From contig OZ244065.1 in NCBI GenBank assembly GCA_965215505.1, forward strand, positions 1,824,001-1,888,000: DNA of 64,000 nucleotides, in the 5' to 3' direction. The translations under genes were made by a program, and so were the position numbers. The notes under the pieces were generated by a model. That model searched no databases. It saw only the letters and a program-made list of their open reading frames with translations, and was not told the origin of the DNA. This DNA comes from Capsulimonadaceae bacterium. Lineage in GTDB: Bacteria; Armatimonadota; Armatimonadia; Armatimonadales; Capsulimonadaceae. Positions 1 through 9,493 of the stretch are shown in pieces; the stretch's first letter is position 1; every line of letters begins with the position of its first letter.

Positions 1-1428
1 GTCTACCCGCACCAACTCAAGGACAAGAAGACGGTCGCGCGGCTGGAGATCGCCATCCGCACCTTCGACGGCGCGGTGGGAAAACGGCGGAAAGACATGG
101 ACGCGCAGGCGATGACCGACTTCTTCGGCGACCCGCGCCTAGCGCGCGGCATCGTCGCCTGCTTGGGCCAGTTCTACCGCTACGAGACGCTGGACTTCAC
201 CCAGGCCGTCGGGCGAGAGGCGGCGGGCCGCCTGCGGGCGGCGGGTCTGAACCGGCCCGTGGAGGTTCGCGCGGACACTTACGCCTGGGTTAATGAACAC
301 GCGGGCGGCTTCCTCACCGAAGCGGGCCGGGCGGAGGCATATGAGCAGCTAGGCGCGCGCTTCTGTCTGTCCGCCCATCAGTGGGACACCTTGCTGCACG
401 GGGACGCCGAGGACAATCAGGTCCTCGCCCGGCTGGGTGCCGTTCCTACGCCCGGCGACATCATCGCCCTGTACAACTTTCACTCGCTGGACACCGTCCT
501 GCGCCGGGCCACGGCGGTCGCGCTGCATGGCCTGGCCCTGCCCGCCGGGGAGGCGGGCGACGTGCGCGCGCTGGCGAAATCGCTCGGGGCGCGCGCCGTC
601 GTGTCCGGCGACGGCGGGACGGTGACGCTCGCCGAGGCCCCCTCCGAGGACGCCTCGGGCGCGGCTTCGCTGTTCCCCCGGCGGGCGGGCCGCCTGGCCC
701 GGCTGGTCCTGCACCTGACCGCTGCCTACGCCACGCGGGCGACGACCGGCTGGGTGGACGCCAAGATCGGCGCGCGCTGCTTCCGTTTAGCTCTAGGGAC
801 GGACGCCCTGCGCGCCCTGGGGATGCGTCCCGAACCCCGTAGGGGCGAACCTTGTGTTCGCCCTTCCCCCGCCTTCAAGCGGCGGTTTGAGGCGGGGCTT
901 GCGCTCCACAAGGACCTCTTGAAGCGGCGGGCGAAGGGGGAGGCGAACGGCTGGCGCATCAAGCGGCTGCCTGACGCCTTGGTGACGGCGACGGGCGTCC
1001 TGCTGCCGGATTTCCTGCTGACGCGGGGCGGCAAGGCAGCCTGCCTGCTGCTCGGGGCGGACGCGCCCGGTACAGTGGCCGAGGAGACGGCGACCGTACT
1101 GACGTTCCCGCTGGGCCGCAAGCCTCTGGACGCCTGCGACGTGCTGGCGCGGGTGGAGGCGGCGACGAACAGCCTGTTCGCTCTGGCCCCCGCTGCCCCC
1201 CCCGCCGTCCCCGCCGACGTGCGCGCGCTCTGTGACCGTGCCGCCCGCGAGGGGCTGGTGCGCGCCGCCGACGCCCGCCGGACCCTGCACCTCCTGGACG
1301 AGTCCCCGCTGATCGCCTGGGTGCGTCAGTGCGAGGACCCGCGCGTCCGGTATGTGCCGGGCGTCGGCCTGTGTTCGCGCGAGATGGTGGCAGCAATTCA
1401 GGGGGATGGGCAATTGGCACTGGCGTGA
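1..1428 (+). CDS. DUF790-family predicted nuclease (5' partial; frame open from base 1)
   Basis: Frame open from position 1 (VYPHQLKDKK...); RLARGI..L, YNFHSLDTVL and GWRIKRLPD..LLPDFLL (PD-(D/E)xK-like) motifs resemble DUF790. Confidence 0.6.
   Translation, partial: VYPHQLKDKKTVARLEIAIRTFDGAVGKRRKDMDAQAMTDFFGDPRLARGIVACLGQFYRYETLDFTQAVGREAAGRLRAAGLNRPVEVRADTYAWVNEHAGGFLTEAGRAEAYEQLGARFCLSAHQWDTLLHGDAEDNQVLARLGAVPTPGDIIALYNFHSLDTVLRRATAVALHGLALPAGEAGDVRALAKSLGARAVVSGDGGTVTLAEAPSEDASGAASLFPRRAGRLARLVLHLTAAYATRATTGWVDAKIGARCFRLALGTDALRALGMRPEPRRGEPCVRPSPAFKRRFEAGLALHKDLLKRRAKGEANGWRIKRLPDALVTATGVLLPDFLLTRGGKAACLLLGADAPGTVAEETATVLTFPLGRKPLDACDVLARVEAATNSLFALAPAAPPAVPADVRALCDRAAREGLVRAADARRTLHLLDESPLIAWVRQCEDPRVRYVPGVGLCSREMVAAIQGDGQLALA
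839..864 (+). repeat. GTAG-type REP-like palindrome inside a CDS
   Basis: GTAGGGGCGAACCTTGTGTTCGCCCT; near-identical inverted copy in intergenic DNA at 8326-8351. Confidence 0.7.
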
Positions 1429-1434
1429 AGAACG

Positions 1435-1571
1435 CCCCGGCCCTGAAGGGCCGGGCGACTGTAGATGTGAGAGTCGCTCCGCGACTGAGGATTGGGAACT
1501 TAGGGACGCGATCCGTCGCGCCCTCTCAGGGCCGGGCTCCCTTCCTGTAGGGGCGCTGCTTGCTGCGCCCT
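1435..1571. repeat. REP-like palindrome cluster
   Basis: CCCGGCCCTGAAGGGCCGGG, AGTCGCTCCGCGACT and GTAGGGGCGCTGCTTGCTGCGCCCT; relatives at 8257-8432 and 21688-21946. Confidence 0.7.
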
Positions 1572-1628
1572 CCTCCCTCATTTCCCCAAGTTCCCTGATC
1601 CCTTCCCTGGCATGATCTATGCACTAAT

Positions 1629-2539
1629 AGACCTCTTGCGTAAGTCGGGTATCCTGCGTGTATGTTTTACGCCGATGCCCGTTTGTTGAAGCCGCCCGTG
1701 TTCAAGCGACTGACCGGCGTCCCGCCGGACACGTTCCAAGCCATGAGGGCGGCCCTCGCTGAGCATCTGCCCACCGGCGGACGCCGGGCCAGGCACTGCC
1801 GGGCCAGGCACTGCCGGGCCAGGCACTGCCGGGCCAGGCACTGCCGGGAAGACCGGCTCCTGATGACCTTGATGTACTGGCGCGAGTACCGCACTTACGC
1901 CCATATCGCCCACACCTACGGCCTGAGCGAGTCCGCCGTCTGCCGCACCGTCCACGCCGTCGAGAACGCCCTGCTCCGCTCCGGCGCGTTCACCCTGCCC
2001 GGCAGGAAAGCCCTGACCCGGAGCGACATCCAGTTCGAGGTCGTCGTCGTGGATGCCACCGAGTGCCCGGTGGAGCGTCCGAAAAAAAGCAGAGACGCTC
2101 CTACAGCGGCAAGAAGGAGCGGCACACTCAGAAAGCGCAGGTCGTCGCGGACCCGAGGACCGGGCGCATCCTAGCCACGGCGTTCAGCGCGGGCAGGCTG
2201 CACGACTTCAAGCTGTTCCCGCGCAGCCGCGTGGCGCTCCACCGGAAGACCGCGTGCCTGGCAGACAGCGGCTATCTGGGGCTGAAGAAGCGCCACGCCA
2301 ACAGCCGCCTGCCGGCCAAGAAGAGCAAACTGCACCCGCTGACGCGGGAGCAGAAGCGAGACAACCGGCAACTCTCGCGGGAACGGTTCGTGATCGAGCA
2401 TATCATCCGCAGCGTCAAGATCTTCCGCATCCTGGCGGAGCGCTACCGTAACCGGCGCAAGCGCTTTGGCCTGCGCTTCAACCTGATTGCCGCCCTCTAC
2501 AACCTGGGGCGGCCGACCTGAGACTTACGCAAGAGGTCT
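1629..2539 (+). mobile_element. IS5-family (ISL2/IS702-like) insertion sequence
   Basis: Perfect 18-bp terminal inverted repeats AGACCTCTTGCGTAAGTC (1629-1646 / 2522-2539), AAT target duplication on both sides, two-ORF transposase. Confidence 0.9.
1662..2521 (+). CDS. IS5-family DDE transposase, expressed by probable -1 frameshift (OrfA 1662-2174, OrfB 2063-2521)
   Basis: HTH (YWREYRTY..IA..YGLSES), VVDATE, A7 slippery site at 2082-2088, YSGKK..HT, ADSGY.G and R..IEH motifs. Confidence 0.88.
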
Positions 2540-2639
2540 AATGTATCTTACGGCGTTCCAGTCCGCTTCCGCCATAAGCATTCGGCTGCTCTGACACGCC
2601 TTTGCTCTGCGCCTCACGTTTCATTGGCCCACTCCGGCC

Positions 2640-2951
2640 TTGGAAAATGACGGCGTGATCACAGAGTATGCACACAATTCCGCCACCGGCACTTTCGGGG
2701 CGGGCACCACCTTCGCCAGCGGCCTGAACCAGCCGCTCGACCTGAAGACGGACGCGCTGGGGGACCTGTTCGTCGAGAACTACAACGTCGGCGCTATCAC
2801 CAAGTTCACCTTCAACTCAACCACGGGCGTGTTCGGCCCGTCCGACTCCGCGCCCGTGCCGGAAGCCTCGCAGGCGGTCAGCCTTGGCCTGTTGCTGGCC
2901 TTGGGGATGGGCGGAGTGGCCGTGGCGAGGAAGAAGCGACGGAAGGCGTAG
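2640..2951 (+). pseudogene. C-terminal remnant of a PEP-CTERM-type surface protein
   Basis: APVPEASQAVSLGLLLALGMGGVAVARKKRRKA sorting tail; no signal peptide or good start. Confidence 0.55.
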
Positions 2952-2976
2952 GTCCCCTCCCTCGGCAAAGAAAAAT

Positions 2977-2997
2977 CCCGGCCCGAAAGGGCCGGGC
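2977..2997. terminator. Hairpin between convergent genes (REP-like / bidirectional terminator)
   Basis: CCCGGCCC-GAAA-GGGCCGGG preceded by an A-run (U-tract on the minus strand). Confidence 0.5.
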
Positions 2998-3011
2998 TTA
3001 TTGGGTCAGGC

Positions 3012-6000
3012 TCAGTCCGCCAGGGCGACGGCGTTCTGGGCTGCGAAGGGACCGTAGCCGGGCGTCGAGGCGATGGAGCCATCGCTATTAATCTTCCAGA
3101 CCGACATGACGCCGGTGGTGTGCGTCCAGAGGGCGCGCGCCTTGTTGTCGGGGCCGACGGCCAGTCCGGTGCAGGTCCAGCCCTGCCCAGGGTCGTAGCC
3201 CGGCGTCGAGGCGAACGAGCCGTCCGCGTTGATGGTCCAGACCGACATCGCGCCGCTCGCGTTCACCCACAGGGCGCGCGCCTTGTTGTCGGGGCCGACG
3301 GCCAGTCCGGTACAGGTCCAGCCCTGCCCAGGGTCGTAGCCCGGCGTCGAGGCGAACGAGCCGTCCGCGTTGATGGTCCAGACCGACATCGCGCCGCTCG
3401 CGTTCACCCACAGGGCGCGCGCCTTGTTGTCGGGGCCGACGGCCAGTCCGGTGCAGGTCCAGCCCTGCCCAGGGTCGTAGCCCGGCGTCGAGGCGAACGA
3501 GCCGTCCGCGTTGATGGTCCAGACCGACATCGCGCCGCTCGCGTTCACCCACAGGGCGCGCGTCTTGCCGTCCGGGCCGACGGCCAGTCCGGTGCAGGTC
3601 CAGCCCTGCCCAGGGTCGTAGCCCGGCGTCGAGGCGAACGAGCCGTCCGCGTTCACGGTCCAGACCGACATGAAGCCATCGGGCCGCGTCCACAGGACGC
3701 GCTCCTTGTTGTCGGGGCCGATGGCGACCGCACCGGCCGTCCAGCCCGAGATCGGGCCGAAGTCGCGGGCCGTGTCGAGCGGGTCAGCATCGCCCAGCCC
3801 CCAGAGGGAGGCCAGGCCGTCGCCCCAGGACCAGAGGGCGCGCGTCCGACCGTCCGGGCCGACCGCGATGGCGCGGGCGGTGCGGGCGACCGCCTGCTGG
3901 CCGGCGACGTTGTAGCCGGGGGTGGAGGCGATGGTACCGTCGGCGCTCACGGTCCAGACGGACATCGTGCCGTCGCCGCACGCCCACAGGACGCGGTCCT
4001 TACCGTCCGCGGCAACGGCGAGGGACTTGGCGGTCCATCCGGCGATGGGGCCGTAGACGTGGCAGGAGGCGGCGGGGTCCGCGTCGGCGAGGTCCCACAG
4101 GGAGGCGCATCCGCCCGCCGCCGTCCACAGGACGCGGGCGGAGTTGTCCGGGCCGACGGTGACCGACTTGGCGGCCCATCCGGGGAACGGCCCGTAGCCG
4201 GGGGTGGAAGTGAATGAGCCGTCTGCGGCGACAGTCCAGACGGACATGACGCCGCTGGTGTGCGTCCACAGGAGGCGGACGCTGCCGTCCGCGCCGACGG
4301 CGAGGGACTTGGCGGTCCATCCGGCGATGGGGCCGTAGACGTGGCAGGAGGCGGCGGGGTCCGCGTCGGCGAGGTCCCACAGGGAGGCGCATCCGCCCGC
4401 CGCCGTCCACAGGACATGGGCGGCCCCGTCGGGTCCGGCCGCGACGCCGGTGGCGATCCATCCGGGGTACGGGCCGTAGTCGGGGGAAGCGGTATGGCCA
4501 CCCGAGGCGTCCACGGTCCAGACGGACATCCTGCCGTCGGTGTGGTCCCAGAGCAGGAACACGGAGCCGTTCGGCCCGTCCGCGACCGACCGGGCGGTCA
4601 TTCCGGGGACCGGGGCGAAGGTATGAGCGGCGGCGGCGGGATCAGCGGCGGCGAGGTTCCAGAGCGAGACCGAGCCGTCCACGCCGCGCCACAGGACGTG
4701 CGTCTGGGCCGGCGCGGTGTCGGGCGTGGTCGTGGGCACCGTCTGCGTAATGCCCGTCGTGCCTGAACCTGGTGTCGTGCCTGAACCTGGTGTCGTGCCT
4801 GAACCTGGTGTCGTGCCTGAACCTGGTGTCGTGTTCGTCCCTGTAGTCGTCCCCGGATCGGTGGTCGTCGTGCCGGTCGTCGTGCTGGGCGGCGTGCTGG
4901 GCGGCGTGACAGGCGTTGTTGGAGGGACGGGCGGCGTCGGAGGGACGGGCGGCGTCGGAGCGGGCGGGGCGAGGGCGAAGAGAGCGCCGGTGTCATTCAC
5001 GCCGCCGTCGTAGGCCGTCCCATACCACAGGCCGTTCGGTGCGGCCGTCAGGCCCGCGCTGGGGCTGCCGCCGTCGGCCCCCCCGGTGAAACTGTACAGG
5101 GTGGTGAAGCCCGTGCCGTCGGTGTTGAGCGCGAACGCGGTGCCGTAATCGTCCGTGCCGCCGCTAAACGTGGTGCCGTAGAGCATGCCGTCCGTACCGA
5201 GCGCGACCGGGGCATAGGGTGCGCCGCCGTCCGCGCCGCCCGTGAAGGTGTAGAGCGTCACAAAGCCGGTGCCGTCCGGCCGGACTTTGAAGACGGTGCC
5301 GTATTCGGCGGAAAAGGGCGCGTCGCTGGTGGTCCCGTAGAGGAAGCCGTCACCGCCGTCCGTCAGCCCCGCCTGCGGGCAGCCGCCGTCGGCGGCCCCG
5401 GTGAAGCTGTAAAGGACGGCGTATCCCGTCCCGTCGGTGTGGAGGGTGAAGACGCTCCCCGCCGCATTGGCCCCGCCCGCCTCGGTCGTACCGTAGAGGA
5501 CGCCGCCCGCGCCGACCAGGAGCGGCGCGGCGGGCATGTCGCCGGTGGTGAAGGGGTACAGGTCGGCGAACCCGGTGCCGTCCGGCTTGACCTTGAAGAT
5601 CATTCCGAGTCCGGTGCCGCCGCCGCTGGCGGTCCCGTAGAGGAAGCCGTCGCCGCCGTCCACCAGCCCCGCCTGCGGGTATCCGTGGCTGTAGTAGTTG
5701 TTGGAGAAGGCGTACAGGACGACGAACCCCGTCCCGTCGGTGTTGACACGCCAGGCGGTCCCGCCGCCGTTCGGCCCGTCGCTGCTGGCCGTGCCGTAGA
5801 GGGTGTTCCCTTCCAGCAGCAGCGTCCCCGCCGGCGCGGAGCCGTCGGCGGTGAGGCTGAAGGTGTGCAGGGCGGTGAACCCGGTGCCATTGGGGCGGAC
5901 CTTGAAGACGGTCCCCGCGCCCGAAGCGCCACCCGCCGTCGTGGTCCCGTATAGGAAGCCGTCGGGGCCGAGCGTCAGGGCGGCGGACGGGCCGCCCCCG

Positions 6001-6227
6001 TCGGGGCTATCATCCAGGGAGTCGGCCTGGCTGAAGGCGTACACGGGCGCCTGGGTGAGTGCCGGGGCGGAGGCCACACCCGTCCGGGCGAGGCCCAGCG
6101 TCATGCCCACTGTCATGCTCAGGGAGACGCCGAGCGTCAGCAGCAGCGACGGGAACGCCCCGGCTCGGCCCTTCAGAGGCCGGGCCTTCAGGGGACGGGA
6201 GGCGCGCGGGTTATCGAATGGGTTCAT
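3012..6227 (-). CDS. Large secreted repeat protein: GloVer/TIGR03803-like repeats, Pro/Thr/Gly linker, C-terminal ~47-aa LW..G.MSVW repeats
   Basis: ATG at 6227 with AGAAGGA RBS; signal-like hydrophobic N-terminus; repeated DG..P.A.L....DG.LYGTT..GG....GTVF; PGSGTT linker. Confidence 0.8.
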   Translation of the reverse strand: MNPFDNPRASRPLKARPLKGRAGAFPSLLLTLGVSLSMTVGMTLGLARTGVASAPALTQAPVYAFSQADSLDDSPDGGGPSAALTLGPDGFLYGTTTAGGASGAGTVFKVRPNGTGFTALHTFSLTADGSAPAGTLLLEGNTLYGTASSDGPNGGGTAWRVNTDGTGFVVLYAFSNNYYSHGYPQAGLVDGGDGFLYGTASGGGTGLGMIFKVKPDGTGFADLYPFTTGDMPAAPLLVGAGGVLYGTTEAGGANAAGSVFTLHTDGTGYAVLYSFTGAADGGCPQAGLTDGGDGFLYGTTSDAPFSAEYGTVFKVRPDGTGFVTLYTFTGGADGGAPYAPVALGTDGMLYGTTFSGGTDDYGTAFALNTDGTGFTTLYSFTGGADGGSPSAGLTAAPNGLWYGTAYDGGVNDTGALFALAPPAPTPPVPPTPPVPPTTPVTPPSTPPSTTTGTTTTDPGTTTGTNTTPGSGTTPGSGTTPGSGTTPGSGTTGITQTVPTTTPDTAPAQTHVLWRGVDGSVSLWNLAAADPAAAAHTFAPVPGMTARSVADGPNGSVFLLWDHTDGRMSVWTVDASGGHTASPDYGPYPGWIATGVAAGPDGAAHVLWTAAGGCASLWDLADADPAASCHVYGPIAGWTAKSLAVGADGSVRLLWTHTSGVMSVWTVAADGSFTSTPGYGPFPGWAAKSVTVGPDNSARVLWTAAGGCASLWDLADADPAASCHVYGPIAGWTAKSLAVAADGKDRVLWACGDGTMSVWTVSADGTIASTPGYNVAGQQAVARTARAIAVGPDGRTRALWSWGDGLASLWGLGDADPLDTARDFGPISGWTAGAVAIGPDNKERVLWTRPDGFMSVWTVNADGSFASTPGYDPGQGWTCTGLAVGPDGKTRALWVNASGAMSVWTINADGSFASTPGYDPGQGWTCTGLAVGPDNKARALWVNASGAMSVWTINADGSFASTPGYDPGQGWTCTGLAVGPDNKARALWVNASGAMSVWTINADGSFASTPGYDPGQGWTCTGLAVGPDNKARALWTHTTGVMSVWKINSDGSIASTPGYGPFAAQNAVALAD
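3130..3670 (-). repeat. ~4 near-perfect 141-bp coding tandem repeats
   Basis: Unit GGCGCGCG.CTTG.. recurs at ~3132, 3273, 3414 and 3555. Confidence 0.85.
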
Positions 6228-6348
6228 AGTGTCCTTCTGGGAGCCGCCGGCGCGGGCCGGGCGGAGGGTCTTGCGAACAGGTATTGCGAACGGGCATTGC
6301 CTGGAGGGGGCCTCGTCGCCTGTCTTCCTTGTCGGCAAAACGCGGCAC

Positions 6349-6382
6349 AAAAAAAGGGGCGCGCGCCTGCGTGCCCCCCTTT
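6349..6382 (-). terminator. Intrinsic terminator-like hairpin + U7, ~120 nt upstream of the repeat-protein start
   Basis: Minus strand GGGGCACGC-AGGC-GCGCGCCCC-TTTTTTT. Confidence 0.5.
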
Positions 6383-6468
6383 GGGGCATATTCCGGCACT
6401 GTTGCGGGGTGTCAGGCTGGTAGTGCTGCGGGGGCGTTCAGGAACCCAGTACTGCCTGATACCAGGGC

Positions 6469-8246
6469 ATGGCGGTCCCTATTTGACGCAGATCGCTCAG
6501 GCCATCGCTCGAGGCGACGCCACCGAACACACCCACCGTGCAGCATGTCCACCCTCCAAACGCTGCTCCAGAGCCTCGCGCCGGGCGTCGCCGCCACCAA
6601 CGAGCCGAAGCGGATCAAGTGCGGAGCGCCGGACTACATCCTCACGCGCGGCGAGACGCCGCTGGGCTATGTGGAGGCCAAAGACGTCGGCGAGCTGCTG
6701 GACAAGACCGAGAGAACCGGCCAGATGCGCCGGTATTTGGAGAGCCTCGGCAACCTCATCCTCACCGACTATCTGGAGTTCCGCGGGTACGTCAGCGGCC
6801 GGCACCGCCTGACGGCGCGGCTCGGGACGGGCGGGGGTAAGAAGCCGCTCGTGGTGGAGCCGGACGGGGAGGCGCAAGTCAAGGCGCTGCTCCTAGCATT
6901 CTGTGACGCCCAGGTGCCGACCGTCGGCAGCCCGAAGGAGCTGGCCGGGCGCATGGCGAACCTCGCCAGACTGGTCCGGGACACCATCAGCCGCGCGCTC
7001 ATGGACGAAGACAAAGGCGGGACGCTGCACCAGCAGTTCGAGGGATTCCGCAAGACGTTGCTCCATGACCTGACGCCGGACGCCTTCGCGGACATGTACG
7101 CGCAGACCATCGCCTACGGCCTGTTCGCCGCCCGATGCAGCCTCACCCTTGCGGCCAAGCCGGGGCAGCGGTTCACGCGGTTCCTCCCGCCCCACCAGTT
7201 GCCCAAGACGAACCCGTTCCTCCGCAAGACCTTCGGCTACATCGTCGGGCCGGACCTGGATGAGCGCGTCGTCTGGATCGTGGATGACCTAGCCGAGTTG
7301 CTGGACCGGACCGACATGGAAGCGATTTTAACGGACTTCGGGCATCGGACGCGGCAGGAAGACCCGGTAGTCCACTTCTACGAGACGTTCCTGGGGGCGT
7401 GTGACCCAAAGATGTGGGAAGCGCGCGGCGTCTACTACACGCCGGAGCCGGGCGTCTCCTACATCGTCCTCAGTGTGGATCACCCGCTGAAGTCCGACTT
7501 CGGCCTGGCGGACGCGGAAAAGATCACCGTCAAGACGCCGGACGGCACGGGGACGCGGCAGGTCCACCGGGTCCAGATCCTTGACCCGGCGACCGGCACT
7601 GGGACGTTACTGTATGGCGTGATTGACCACATCACCGAGACGTTTGTGAACAACAAGGGGATGTGGAGCGGCTACGTCTCGGAACATCTGCTGCCGCGCC
7701 TGTTTGGCCTCGAGTTTCTGATGGCCCCTTACGCCATCGCCCATTTGAAGCTCGGCTTGCAGCTCGCCGAGAGCGGCTATGACATTGAGAGCGACGAGCG
7801 GCTGGGCGTCTTCCTGACGAACACGCCAGGGGGGCCGTTGATGTGGCCGGCAGCCTGTGTGCATCGGGCGGCGAACTCGTGAGCCTGCACCTGATGGAGA
7901 TGCCGGACCGGCGACCGTCACCTACCCGGTCGCCCTGCCGAACTCGGACGGGGCGAGGGACACGGTGGAGGCCGTGCGCTACGCCGAACCGACTGGCAGC
8001 GAGCCGGGCCGGGTCTACATCAACAGGGCGCAATACTTTGATGGGATGAGGGCGGACGTGTGGGCGTTCCAGGTGGGGGGCTATCAGGTCTGTCAGAAGT
8101 GGCTCAAGGACCGTAAGGGGCGGACGCTGATTTATGACGACATCCGGCACTACCAGGGCGTCGTGGCCGCGCTGGGCGAGACGATCCGGCTGATAGGGGC
8201 CATTGACGAGGTTATAGACGATCACGGCGGCTGGCCGCTGGGGTGA
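6469..8246 (+). pseudogene. Degraded type IIG restriction-modification (N6-MTase) gene
   Basis: ATEHTHR and TNEPKR..CGAPDY..GYVEAK lie in different frames; DPVVHFYETFL, GVYYTPEP and ILDPATGTGT present; NPPY region missing; C-terminal VGGYQVCQKWLKDRK fragment at 7857-8246. Confidence 0.8.
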
Positions 8247-8256
8247 CGGGCAAGGA

Positions 8257-8432
8257 AGCCCGGCCTTGAAAGGCCGGGCTACTGCTGAGTGAAAGTCGCT
8301 CTGCGACTAGGAGGGGGCGGGCGGGGGGGCGAACCCAAGGTTCGCCCCTACGATCTGCACGTCTTCGCACGCGGTCTTTTCAGCCCCGGAGGGGGGTTCG
8401 TTCAAGAGTAGCCCAGCCTTGAAAGGCCGGGA
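8257..8432. repeat. REP-like palindrome cluster
   Basis: AGCCCGGCCTTGAAAGGCCGGGCT, AGTCGCTCTGCGACT, GGGGCGAACCCAAGGTTCGCCCCTAC and a second CCCAGCCTTGAAAGGCCGGG. Confidence 0.7.
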
Positions 8433-8441
8433 ATTTTCTCT

Positions 8442-8945
8442 TTACCGCCCATCGCGATAATAGCCGCCGCCGACGGCACCCCGGAAGACACGGCCGTCTT
8501 GGAAGGCCCGGCCGTCGCCGAAGCCGCCGGGGGGCTGGGCCAGAGGTGCCCAGGCGAGAGCGATGTCATAGTGCCCACGGCCCGGCTGGGGGTCGTGGAT
8601 GCGGACGGTCGCGGTGAAGTCGTTGCCCGGATTGGGCTGCTGGACGACGCGCACCTGGCCACGCCCGGCCCGCCGGGTCAGGAAGACGCGGATGGGGCCG
8701 TGCGGCAGGCGGTCGAAAACCTGGGCGGAGGTCTGTGTGGAGCCTTTGCCGGAGACATCGCGCGTCCGCACGTCGCGGCTATGGAAGGTAACGAGGGTGG
8801 TGTCGTCCACGTCCCCGCTCCAGATCATGGCGGGCCGGGGGTCAGCGTGGGCCGGGGCGGCGGTCGTGCCGAGAGCGGTCAGCGCGAGGGCCACGCCCCC
8901 CACGGACAGGGCGGCGCATCGTTTCAGGGTGGTATATGGTTTCAT
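8442..8945 (-). CDS. Secreted hypothetical protein
   Basis: MKPY.. signal peptide ending PAHA; W.GDVDD and GRG.V.VVQQP...NDFTA.VRI.DPQPG motif block. Confidence 0.65.
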   Translation of the reverse strand: MKPYTTLKRCAALSVGGVALALTALGTTAAPAHADPRPAMIWSGDVDDTTLVTFHSRDVRTRDVSGKGSTQTSAQVFDRLPHGPIRVFLTRRAGRGQVRVVQQPNPGNDFTATVRIHDPQPGRGHYDIALAWAPLAQPPGGFGDGRAFQDGRVFRGAVGGGYYRDGR

Positions 8946-9059
8946 GGTCGTTGCTCTTTCTGTTTGGCGGTCATTCAGGGCCGGGCGCGCGGCCCGGCTG
9001 TTTTTACTGACGGCAGACGCGCCGAAAAAGTTCGCTCCCGTCGGACGGCCGGACGCAGC

Positions 9060-9093
9060 GCGGGCCACGGTCCTGAACAGGACCGTGGCCCGC
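9060..9093. other. Perfect 16-bp-stem palindrome
   Basis: GCGGGCCACGGTCCTG-AA-CAGGACCGTGGCCCGC; no U-tract. Confidence 0.5.
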
Positions 9094-9139
9094 ATCTGTG
9101 GTGTGTCCGTCAGGCGGCCCCCCGTCAGGCGGCCCCCCG

Positions 9140-9415
9140 TCAGGCGGCCTTGCGGCCCGGCTCGTCTGCCTGCCCGATCTGCGCTAGGACGCTGTCCAAT
9201 GCCTCACGGCGCAGTTCCTGCGTGTGCTGCGCCCGCCGCAGATCCTCCTCGGCCTCCCGTCGCCCCTGCCGCCACCCGGTCAGGGTGTCCCAAAACAGCC
9301 GACGGAGGAGGAAATACCCTGCCGTGCCGAGTGCCGCCGCCAGGCAGAGGAAAAAGATGAGTAGTGCCACAGTGAACCCCTTTCGGAATACCGCCTTGAT
9401 GGCCGCCTTGGTCAT
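9140..9415 (-). CDS. Small membrane hypothetical protein
   Basis: One hydrophobic helix followed by a charged tail. Confidence 0.45.
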   Translation of the reverse strand: MTKAAIKAVFRKGFTVALLIFFLCLAAALGTAGYFLLRRLFWDTLTGWRQGRREAEEDLRRAQHTQELRREALDSVLAQIGQADEPGRKAA

Positions 9416-9493
9416 CGGCAGGGTCCATTGTCGGCAGACGGGGACAGTTCCGTTAGCTCCGGGGGACGGCGGGGGATGAGGGAGGAGGGCGCG

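Noticed and set aside
3130-3670. Regular repeats as a possible CRISPR array
   Set aside because: 141-bp in-frame coding units without unique spacers; no cas genes
6228-6389. N-terminal extensions given by the ORF track (e.g. 6389, 9095, 15267, 18940, 24006, 57281, 63430)
   Set aside because: Downstream starts with RBS or family-typical N-termini fit better; some extensions overlap tRNAs
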